This document shows positions 27,915 through 35,514 of a stretch of 38,001 nucleotides of DNA, one piece after another (position 1 is the stretch's first letter; every line of letters starts with the position of its first letter). The DNA lies in NCBI GenBank assembly GCA_048550275.1, contig JBLYYU010000263.1:1-38001 (forward strand), written 5' to 3'. A program made the position numbers and the translations under genes. Under the pieces are notes generated by a model. That model worked only from the letters and a program-made list of their open reading frames with translations, was not told where the DNA came from and ran no database searches. This DNA is from Polyangiales bacterium (GTDB taxonomy: Bacteria; Myxococcota_A; Polyangia; Polyangiales; Houyiibacteriaceae).

Positions 27915-29753
27915 TTGATTGAGTCTATCCGCCAGTTCTACGACCTGCTCACGCCCCCCGAGAGAAGTGGGGCGATGAAGGTCCTGCTCATGATGTGCGC
28001 CCTTGCGCTGCTCGAGGCGACAGGCGTCGCGTCGATCATGCCTTTCTTGGCCGTACTGTCGTCTCCTGACCTCATCGAGAGTAACTCGGCACTTGCGAAA
28101 CTTTCGGCATGGACCGGCATCACATCCTCAAACGACCTGCTGATCCTAACGGGCTCGTTGGTGTTCTGTTTGGTTTTGTCAGCGCTGCTTCTGCAAGCGC
28201 TGGTCGTTTGGGGTCAGGTTCGGTACGCCGGTGATTTAATGCACTCTTGGAGTTGCCGAATCGTGCAGACGTATCTGCGGCAACCGTACGAGTGGTTCCT
28301 CGGGAGGCATACATCGGAACTCTCGGCAACAACCATCAATGAAGTGAATCAAGCGATCTACCACGCGGTCTTGCCGATCCTCATGATCGTCAGCAACGCG
28401 CTCGTCGTGCTCGCTGTGTTCGCATTCCTAGTCATCGTCGATCCCATGTTGGCCGCGACGACGGTGCTCGTGCTCGGCGGGGCGTACGTGCTCACCTATC
28501 GGTTTCTCCGAGCTCGCATTCTCCGCGCGGGCGAATCGTGGCTCGAATCGAACCAGGCCCGGTACCACGTCTTGGCTGAAGCCTTCACCGGGATCAAAGA
28601 GGTCAAGGTCCTGCACGCCGAGGAGTCGTTCGCTGCGCGTTTCTCGTCGGTGTCCCGGCAGATGTGCGACGCGATGATCCGGTCGAAGGTGGTTGGACAC
28701 GTCCCATCGATCGCGATGCAGGCCGTCATTTTTGGCGGAATGCTCCTCGTGATTCTCTACGTGCTGGCGACGCGGGGAGGCTTCGCTGCCGGCCTACCGG
28801 TGATCGGACTCTACGCCTTCGCCGGCTACAAGATGATGCCAGCCCTTCAGAGGATATACGCCTACCTTGCGGAGATGGAGTTCTCCTCGGTGGCGCTCGT
28901 GTCCCTCGAAGAGCCGCTTCGACTCGCGAAGTTGCCCAAGAACGAGGGAGAGGCGTTTGCGACTGAGACGGCAACGGGGCCACGAGTCCGGTTGACCAAA
29001 GAGCTCGCATTTCGCGATCTCGTGTATCAGTACCCCGGGAGCGACCAGCCCACCCTGAAGCGGATGAACTTTTCGATCGAGGCAGGATCAAAGGTCGGAA
29101 TCGTGGGCACCACCGGGTCTGGTAAGACCACGACCGTCGACATCATCCTGGGGCTGCTTCGCCCGTTGCATGGCGAAGTCCTCGTCGACGGACGAGAGAT
29201 CGCAGACTCAAAGCTTCGCGCTTGGCAGGCGTCGATTGGCTACGTTCCCCAGACGATCTTCCTCGCGGATACCACGCTTGCCGGCAATATCGCCTTTGGG
29301 GTTCCGAAGGACGAGATCGATCATGACAGGGTCGAAACCGTATCGAAGCTCGCGAAGCTTCATGCTTTCGTCGTCGACGAGTTCCCGGACAAGTACGAAA
29401 GCCGGGCAGGTGAACGCGGCGTTCGTCTATCCGGAGGAGAGCGGCAGCGCGTCGGGATCGCGCGGGCGCTCTACCACGACCCCGATGTTCTCATTCTCGA
29501 TGAGGCTACCAGCGCTTTGGACAACGTCACCGAAAAGCTCGTCATGCAAGCGCTCGACGAGCTCACGCCCAGCAAGACGGTGATCATCATCGCCCATCGA
29601 CTGAGCACGGTCCGGAACTGCGACACGATCTTCTTCCTCGAGAACGGCCTGGTCTCCGGAAGTGGAAGCTTCGAAGCGCTCCGCGCGAGCCACCCGCGGT
29701 TCCGGTTGCTGGCTGAAGGCGAGACAGGCGTAGAAGCCGTCTCCGCCTCCTAG
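27915..29753 (+). CDS. ABC exporter, fused TMD-NBD (PglK/HepA/MsbA-like; probable lipid-linked glycan flippase)
   Basis: TM domain; GTTGSGKTT, YVPQ, LSGGERQR, ILDEATSALD, IAHRLST; located in a glycosyltransferase locus. Confidence 0.85.
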   Translation: MIESIRQFYDLLTPPERSGAMKVLLMMCALALLEATGVASIMPFLAVLSSPDLIESNSALAKLSAWTGITSSNDLLILTGSLVFCLVLSALLLQALVVWGQVRYAGDLMHSWSCRIVQTYLRQPYEWFLGRHTSELSATTINEVNQAIYHAVLPILMIVSNALVVLAVFAFLVIVDPMLAATTVLVLGGAYVLTYRFLRARILRAGESWLESNQARYHVLAEAFTGIKEVKVLHAEESFAARFSSVSRQMCDAMIRSKVVGHVPSIAMQAVIFGGMLLVILYVLATRGGFAAGLPVIGLYAFAGYKMMPALQRIYAYLAEMEFSSVALVSLEEPLRLAKLPKNEGEAFATETATGPRVRLTKELAFRDLVYQYPGSDQPTLKRMNFSIEAGSKVGIVGTTGSGKTTTVDIILGLLRPLHGEVLVDGREIADSKLRAWQASIGYVPQTIFLADTTLAGNIAFGVPKDEIDHDRVETVSKLAKLHAFVVDEFPDKYESRAGERGVRLSGGERQRVGIARALYHDPDVLILDEATSALDNVTEKLVMQALDELTPSKTVIIIAHRLSTVRNCDTIFFLENGLVSGSGSFEALRASHPRFRLLAEGETGVEAVSAS

Positions 29754-29858
29754 CCCTGATGCGCCGCCCTGCCGGAGCCGTGCCTACGCAAATCTGGCAA
29801 AAAGGCGCCCAATGGCGGCGTTCAATATGAAACGGTTGCGAGGCGAGACCGGCGGGCT

Positions 29859-29907
29859 CGTCCCCATTCGGTACAGGTTCCGATGAGGGGCGTTCGCTTG
29901 TGAAACG
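29859..29907. promoter_or_regulatory. Pair of 17-bp inverted repeats (putative enhancer-binding protein sites)
   Basis: CGTCCCCATTCGGTACA (29859-29875) and CGTTCGCTTGTGAAACG (29891-29907), 32 bp apart. A weaker third copy lies at 29818-29834. Confidence 0.5.
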
Positions 29908-29926
29908 CAAACGCCGTGTTCCGAGC

Positions 29927-29943
29927 CTGGCCCGGTTTTCGCA
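29927..29943 (+). promoter_or_regulatory. sigma54 -24/-12 promoter of the GlmS-like gene
   Basis: CTGGCCCGGTTTTCGCA has GG-N10-GC spacing and lies about 55 nt before the ATG at 29999. Confidence 0.7.
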
Positions 29944-29998
29944 GGTGTCCTGCACAGGATCCAGGGTTCGCTTCGACCCCTAGACCTGAAGGACGAAC

Positions 29999-31831
29999 AT
30001 GGGTGGGATTTTCTGCGCGACGGCGCACGACAACGTAGTTCCCAGCGTGATGCAAGGCCTGGCCGATTTGGAGGGCTGGGATTGCGATTCTGCGGGCATC
30101 GCGGTCTTGGCGGGCCATCAGATCCAACGGAGAAGGGCGCTGGGGCCCCTATCCTTCTTGAAAACGCTTCTCGTGGATGAGCCGATCGAGGGGGCAACCG
30201 TACTCGGCCACACACGCTCGGCGACCCACGGAGATCCGTCCCGCCACAACGCACATCCTCACGCGAGCTCTAGGGTGGCCGTCGTCCACAGCGGAGTCGT
30301 CGAGAATCATGCAGATCTCCGAGCAGAGCTGGAGCATGAGGGTGTCCAGTTCCGAAGCGAGACGGACAGCGAAGTCATCGTCTGGTTGCTCGACCGGGAA
30401 CTGGCGAATGGCGTCCATGCACTCGCCGCTCTGCAAAGGGTCCTGCCGCGGCTGCGAGGCTCGTTTGCCCTGGGGGTGATCTCCGCGAAACACGAGAATC
30501 ACGTGTTCGCCGCTCGGCGCGGCAGCCCGCTGGCTGCAGCAAGGTCCGATGCGACGTCTTGGTTGGCGTCGGAAACATCGTCTCTAGGCGGGGTCGCAGG
30601 CGAATACGTGCCTCTCGAGGATGGGCAGATCGCCGTGCTCAGCCCGGGCGGGGTTCGGGTCTTCGATTCGCAGCTCGAAGAAGTTCCCGTCAGCTGGGCG
30701 CGAGTTGTGAGCGCCCGAAACAAGAGGGAAAGCGGTCGAATCGTGACCGACGCAGCCCGCAGGAGCATTTTGGAATTGCCGGCGATGATCGAGGGTAAGC
30801 TGAGCGCGCTGCAGGCCGATTTGCTGTCCGGGGAGCTCGAGAGCTGGTGTGGTCCCCTTTGGCACGCTGAACGCATTCTCACTATCGGCGGCGGAACGTC
30901 ATTTGCGGCGGCCTACGTCGGACGGGCTTGGTTGGAGCAGATTGCGGAGATCCCGGTCGACCTGGAGCTCAGCTCGGAGCTCAAGGCCAGGCATGCCGTC
31001 CTGCCGGAGGGAACCATGGCGCTTCTGGTCTCTCGCTCCGAAGAAGACCCGGACGCGATGGACGCGCTGAGGTACCTGAAGCAGCGAAGCGTGCCAACGG
31101 TGTCACTCATCGATGCGCCTTCGAGCACCTTCGCTCGGGAAGCAGACGCAGTACTCGATTGGAGGGTCAGTCCTGGGGCTAGGGCCTCATCCGCCAGCGC
31201 ATTCACCGCGCAGCTCGGCGCGATCGCGGCAGCGGCGATCGCAATACGACAGCTTCGGGACGGGGGTCCCTACGATGGGTCCGCGCATACGTCGGTCTTC
31301 GGCGTGCCTCAGGCGATGAACAGCGCGCTCGAGGTGGAAGCTCAATGCGCTGCAGCCGGCCGCCGCATCGCAGAAGCGAATCATGGTGTCTTCCTCGGTC
31401 GGGGCTCCAGTCATCCGGTCGCGCTCATGGGCGCGCTCAACCTCGAAGAGATCTCCGACATACACGCCGAAGGCCTGGCCGGGGGTGAGCTCAGGCACCG
31501 TCCAGCCCTAGTCGCCGAGATCGGAGCCCCAGTGCTCGTGCTCGCGCCACACGATGAGACTTTCGAAAAGACCCTCGCGGACGCGCGGGAGATCGCCGCG
31601 CGTGGTGGAGACCCCATCCTCCTCGGTGACTCGGACACCGCAGTCGCGGCGAAGCGCGATGGGCTAACCTGCATTGCAGCGAGTCGAGTCGACCCGGCCT
31701 GGTCGCCGCTGGTGCTCGCGGTGCTGCTGCAATTGATCGCCTACCACGCCGCAGGCGCCCAAGAGTTGCAGACTACCCGCGCCCCCGTTCGGGAGGACCG
31801 GGTCTTCAAAGCGCAGGGGAGCGGCACTTAG
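29999..31831 (+). CDS. GlmS (glutamine-fructose-6-P amidotransferase) homologue, predicted catalytically inactive
   Basis: Colinear with GlmS over about 600 aa (DSAG, GHTR.ATHG, NAHPH, SETD.EV, AR.GSPL, FLGRG, EIS.IHAE, LQLIAYH). It begins MGGIF rather than MCGIV and lacks the PRNLAKSVTVE tail. The ORF is intact with a GAAGGA RBS. Confidence 0.85.
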   Translation: MGGIFCATAHDNVVPSVMQGLADLEGWDCDSAGIAVLAGHQIQRRRALGPLSFLKTLLVDEPIEGATVLGHTRSATHGDPSRHNAHPHASSRVAVVHSGVVENHADLRAELEHEGVQFRSETDSEVIVWLLDRELANGVHALAALQRVLPRLRGSFALGVISAKHENHVFAARRGSPLAAARSDATSWLASETSSLGGVAGEYVPLEDGQIAVLSPGGVRVFDSQLEEVPVSWARVVSARNKRESGRIVTDAARRSILELPAMIEGKLSALQADLLSGELESWCGPLWHAERILTIGGGTSFAAAYVGRAWLEQIAEIPVDLELSSELKARHAVLPEGTMALLVSRSEEDPDAMDALRYLKQRSVPTVSLIDAPSSTFAREADAVLDWRVSPGARASSASAFTAQLGAIAAAAIAIRQLRDGGPYDGSAHTSVFGVPQAMNSALEVEAQCAAAGRRIAEANHGVFLGRGSSHPVALMGALNLEEISDIHAEGLAGGELRHRPALVAEIGAPVLVLAPHDETFEKTLADAREIAARGGDPILLGDSDTAVAAKRDGLTCIAASRVDPAWSPLVLAVLLQLIAYHAAGAQELQTTRAPVREDRVFKAQGSGT

Positions 31832-31875
31832 AGAGACCCTAAAGGGCTAATCTTGCAATCTGCGCCTCTCTCCAG

Positions 31876-31922
31876 AGCCCCAAATCGGAACTCTGATGCG
31901 ATAGCTGTTGCAATTCGGCACA
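31876..31922. promoter_or_regulatory. Pair of 17-bp inverted repeats upstream of the sigma54 activator gene
   Basis: AGCCCCAAATCGGAACT (31876-31892) and TGTTGCAATTCGGCACA (31906-31922), 30 bp apart. Confidence 0.4.
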
Positions 31923-31990
31923 TCTCATCGGAGACTGGTCAGCCCCCCTGGCTTCTTCGCATCTACCGGAGAGGCAACCACGAGGAGTGA

Positions 31991-33466
31991 GTGCGAGTGC
32001 CTTCATTTCAAAGTGGCCCGCTGGTCGTGCTCGTTGGCGACGACCCGGACCAGCGCGCCGAAGTTTCTCGATGGCTCGACGAAGCGGGCATGCGCACGAC
32101 CGAATGCGCGGATGCCAAGAGTTTCCTGCGAACCATCGACAGTACGTTTCCCGATGTCGTGTGCCTGGACCTCGCCCTACCCGGCATGAGCGGCGGTGAG
32201 GCTCTCGAGGCAACGCTCCGACAACACCCTGGCGTTCCGGTCCTCACGTTCAACGCCGAGAGCTCCGAGCAGTCCGGCATCGACGCGATGCGGGCAGGCG
32301 CCTACGACTACCTAAGCACACCGATCGACCGCGACGGCGTGATTTCCTCGATTCACCGGGCTCTCCGACCGCCGCGCGAGCATCAACCGGCGGAAGTGGA
32401 CAGCACGATCGAGGAAGCGTCCTACGCGGGAGTGATCGGTCGTTCGTCGCGAATGCGCGACGTGTTTCGTCAGGTCGATCGAATCGCCGGTCGCGACATC
32501 AGCGTCTTGATCCGCGGAGACAGTGGCACAGGCAAGGAGCTGATCGCGCGGGCTATTCATGAGAACAGCCGCCGTGCGGGCGGCCCCTTCGTCGCGATCA
32601 ACTGCGCTGCGATCCCCGAGTCTCTCCAGGACTCCGAGCTCTTCGGGCACGAGCGCGGCTCCTTCACGGGCGCGCACAAGGCCCGGGCCGGCTGCTTCGA
32701 GCGGGCCGACGGTGGAACCATCTTTCTCGACGAGGTAGCGGAGCTGTCCCTCGGTGTGCAGGCCAAGTTGCTGCGCGTGCTGCAAGAACGTCGATTCGAC
32801 CGATTGGGCGGCATTCGCGCGGTGGAGAGCGACTTCAGACTGATCACCGCAACACACCACAGCCTGCGCGATATGGTCGAGGCCAACCGTTTTCGGGAGG
32901 ACCTCTACTTTCGGATCGTCGTATTCGAAATCGAGCTCCCGGCGCTCCGCGAGCGTGAGGGAGACCTCGCTCTGCTGGTTCCGAGGCTGCTCGAGGACGT
33001 CTCTGCGGGTCTCGGAGCAGGGCCGACGCGCCTGAGCTCTCGCGCAATGCGAGCGCTCGAGCGGTACCCATTTCCAGGAAACGTTCGGGAGCTCGAGAAC
33101 ATCCTTCAATGCGCGGCGGTGCTCGCGACGGGCGAGCAAATCGAGCTTCACGACCTGCCTGCTCGAGTTCGGAGCTATGACTCCGGAGCTTCGGTGCCGC
33201 CGGAGTCCGGCGTCGTGCCTGCCGGCGACAACGTGCCAACCACGATTGTCCCGCCAGCCATGAGGGTCCCAGACGGGGAGCCCTCCCGCGACCGTCCGAC
33301 ACCGAAGTCTCTGGATGAGCTTCCTTTGGCGCTCGAAGACGTCGAACGCTGGGCGGTGAAACGCGCGCTCCGCGATAAGAACGGCCGACTCACCGAGGCG
33401 GCGAAGGCCCTGGGAATCGGGCGGACGACGCTCTACCGAAAGCTCGAGAAGTACGGGCTGCGCTGA
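31991..33466 (+). CDS. sigma54-dependent enhancer-binding protein (receiver-AAA+-Fis HTH), atypical receiver
   Basis: GDSGTGKE, ELFGHERGSFTGA, FLDEV, FREDLYFR, FPGNVRELEN, AAKALGIGRTTLYRKL; GAGGAG RBS before the GTG start. Confidence 0.93.
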   Translation: MRVPSFQSGPLVVLVGDDPDQRAEVSRWLDEAGMRTTECADAKSFLRTIDSTFPDVVCLDLALPGMSGGEALEATLRQHPGVPVLTFNAESSEQSGIDAMRAGAYDYLSTPIDRDGVISSIHRALRPPREHQPAEVDSTIEEASYAGVIGRSSRMRDVFRQVDRIAGRDISVLIRGDSGTGKELIARAIHENSRRAGGPFVAINCAAIPESLQDSELFGHERGSFTGAHKARAGCFERADGGTIFLDEVAELSLGVQAKLLRVLQERRFDRLGGIRAVESDFRLITATHHSLRDMVEANRFREDLYFRIVVFEIELPALREREGDLALLVPRLLEDVSAGLGAGPTRLSSRAMRALERYPFPGNVRELENILQCAAVLATGEQIELHDLPARVRSYDSGASVPPESGVVPAGDNVPTTIVPPAMRVPDGEPSRDRPTPKSLDELPLALEDVERWAVKRALRDKNGRLTEAAKALGIGRTTLYRKLEKYGLR

Positions 33467-33470
33467 GCGC

Positions 33471-35282
33471 TCAGTGCGCGCCGCGTCGGTTCACGATCAC
33501 TAGGAGAGTGAGCGCGATGACGCGCAGCTCCATCGCCAGGTAGCTTCGGAGCCCGTAGAGATGAGCGTTGTACGTGAAATCGTAGAGCAGCTTCTCGCGC
33601 ACGCTCTCCACCGAGGTGTCGTACCCGGTGTGGACCTGCGCCCATCCGGTGATGCCCGGCTTGCACGGCGGGTGTCGATCGTCGTAGCCGGGCAGCTCGA
33701 GTGACAACGAATCCGTAATCGATGGGCGCTCCGGGCGCGGGCCGACCAAGGTCATCTCTCCTCGCAGCACCTGGAAGAGCTGAGGCACTTCGTCGAGCCT
33801 GATCTTCCGGAGGAAGGCCCCGACCGGGGTGACGCGAGGATCCTTGGCCTGCGCCCAAACCGCTGCTCCATCGGCCTCCGCGTCGACGGTCATCGTCCGG
33901 AACTTGTAGATGACGAAGCGATACCGGTTGCCGGAGTAGTCCTTCGCAACCCGCTCCTGGCGATACAGGACGGGCCCCGGCGAGTTCAAACGAATGGCCA
34001 CGGCGACCAGCGGTATCAGAGGCAACGCGAACATGATCCCGACCGAGCTACCGACGACGTCCAGCGTTCGCTTAGTGACGCGAACGGAACGCGGCGGCAG
34101 CGCGGGGCGATGGAGCGCGAGCACCTCATGCTCGGGAGGGCGGCGCCAGCGCGTTCCGTTGGCACCGAAGGGAAAGCGAAGGATCCCGGCCGCGCACGCC
34201 GTCTGTGCGACGAGCGCGTGCACTCCGAGGTCGAGGGTTCGAGGTAGCGAGAGGCCAACTCCACGCCAGGCCGTGCACAAGACGAGCACGAGGAGCAAGA
34301 CGTCACCCGCGATGGCCAGCGGGACCATCGCCGGCACGGCCATGGCGCGCAGATTCACCCAAAGCGCGAGCCCGAGGATCCAGACAGGCCCCAGGGTCTT
34401 GAACAGCTTGTGTCCGATCAGACTGAGGGCGATTCGGCCCTCACGCGGACGCAGCAGCGTGCGATAGCGCCAGAGAATCTGCAGGTTGCCGTGCGCCATG
34501 CGCGCGGTTCGCTGAAAGATGGTCGACAGTCGAGTGGGCGCAACGTCCGGTACGACCAAGTCGGTACGATAGGCGATGCGTCCGCCGGCCGCGCGGGCGA
34601 GCAACGGCCAGAGTAGATCATCGTGAATCGTGTCGGCGGGGACATCGGCGATCGCATCGCGGCGAATGAGGTAGCATGCGCCATGCGCACCGAGCAGCAT
34701 GTCGCGTTCCGCTTCGAGCGCCTTCAACCGAGTCTCGCGACTCCAATACGCACCTTCCGCGGTTGCCGTGCCGTCTTGCGCAACAGCAGCGTAGCGGGGC
34801 ATGGCGACCGCGACGCTCGGATCGGCGAGATCTTTCACGAGCTCGGCAAGGGTGTTCTCCGGCAGGTCCGCACCGACATCCGTGAACAAGACGAGCTCGC
34901 CCCGCGCGTGCCCGAGCAAGTGCTTGAGTGCGGCGAGCTTGCCGCCTCGGGCATGGAGCTCGAATAGACGGACCCCTTCGCTCTCGTAGGCGCGCGCGAC
35001 GTCGGCGGTTCGATCGCCCGAGCCGTCCGACGCAACGAGGATCTCGATGAGCTCGGGCGGATAGGAAAGCGCGAGCACATTTCGCAGCTTGCGCCCCAAG
35101 CCCGCCGCCTCGTTGTGTGCGGGGATCAGCACGCTCACCGAGGGCAGAACTGGGGATTTCGGCGTCGCGCTTCGCCTGCTCGGTCGAATCACGTACCGAA
35201 CGAGAAGCGGATAGAGCACGTACGGAGATACGAGCGCCAAGAACAAGGATGTGATGAGGACCAGATCAATCCAAGTGGGCAT
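33471..35282 (-). CDS. Fusion: GT2 glycosyltransferase + bacterial sugar transferase (polyprenyl-phosphate priming phosphoglycosyl transferase)
   Basis: N-half: SVLIPAHNE, SDGS.D.T, GGK..AL, FTD, HDD, R.AR...G..Q. C-half: KR.LD, SPGPVLYRQER, IYKFRTM, DPRVT.VG.FLRK.RLDE.PQ, VGPRPERP, KPGITGWAQV. Confidence 0.88.
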   Translation of the reverse strand: MPTWIDLVLITSLFLALVSPYVLYPLLVRYVIRPSRRSATPKSPVLPSVSVLIPAHNEAAGLGRKLRNVLALSYPPELIEILVASDGSGDRTADVARAYESEGVRLFELHARGGKLAALKHLLGHARGELVLFTDVGADLPENTLAELVKDLADPSVAVAMPRYAAVAQDGTATAEGAYWSRETRLKALEAERDMLLGAHGACYLIRRDAIADVPADTIHDDLLWPLLARAAGGRIAYRTDLVVPDVAPTRLSTIFQRTARMAHGNLQILWRYRTLLRPREGRIALSLIGHKLFKTLGPVWILGLALWVNLRAMAVPAMVPLAIAGDVLLLVLVLCTAWRGVGLSLPRTLDLGVHALVAQTACAAGILRFPFGANGTRWRRPPEHEVLALHRPALPPRSVRVTKRTLDVVGSSVGIMFALPLIPLVAVAIRLNSPGPVLYRQERVAKDYSGNRYRFVIYKFRTMTVDAEADGAAVWAQAKDPRVTPVGAFLRKIRLDEVPQLFQVLRGEMTLVGPRPERPSITDSLSLELPGYDDRHPPCKPGITGWAQVHTGYDTSVESVREKLLYDFTYNAHLYGLRSYLAMELRVIALTLLVIVNRRGAH

Positions 35283-35336
35283 GTAGTTACCTGGGGGTCT
35301 TCGACTTGCTTAGACGAAGGGGGGGGCTGTCGGGTA

Positions 35337-35353
35337 TGCAACCACCAGACCAA
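35337..35353 (-). promoter_or_regulatory. sigma54 -24/-12 promoter of the GT2-priming transferase fusion
   Basis: Minus strand TTGGTCTGGTGGTTGCA has GG-N10-GC spacing and lies about 55 nt upstream of the ATG at 35282. Confidence 0.7.
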
Positions 35354-35413
35354 CCTTAGGGACACCAAGATCGGGGTCCATACCATCAGTTTTTTTCCCG
35401 GTGACCCGATCGA

Positions 35414-35461
35414 CGCCCCCAATTGGAACAGAGCTCGTCCGGGAACTTCCGAAGTGAAACA
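35414..35461. promoter_or_regulatory. Pair of 17-bp inverted repeats (putative enhancer sites)
   Basis: CGCCCCCAATTGGAACA (35414-35430) and ACTTCCGAAGTGAAACA (35445-35461), 31 bp apart, about 60-110 bp upstream of the -24 element. Confidence 0.5.
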
Positions 35462-35514
35462 CCAGTGGGCAGCCCAGGAGATTCTGCGAGCTCGATCCAA
35501 GACCGAAAGGCCGC

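Noticed and set aside
29754-29998. glmS ribozyme upstream of the glmS-like gene
   Set aside because: I could not recognise the conserved ribozyme core, and the predicted sigma54 leader is only about 45 nt, too short to hold it.
29999-31831. Annotating this gene as functional glmS, or as a pseudogene
   Set aside because: Catalytic Cys1, Asn98, Trp74 and Lys603 equivalents are absent, so it is not a normal GlmS. There is no stop or frameshift and it has an RBS and promoter, so I did not call it a pseudogene.
31935-31961. sigma54 promoter directly upstream of the activator gene
   Set aside because: The TGG...GC candidates have spacings of 12 or 7 rather than 10 nt.
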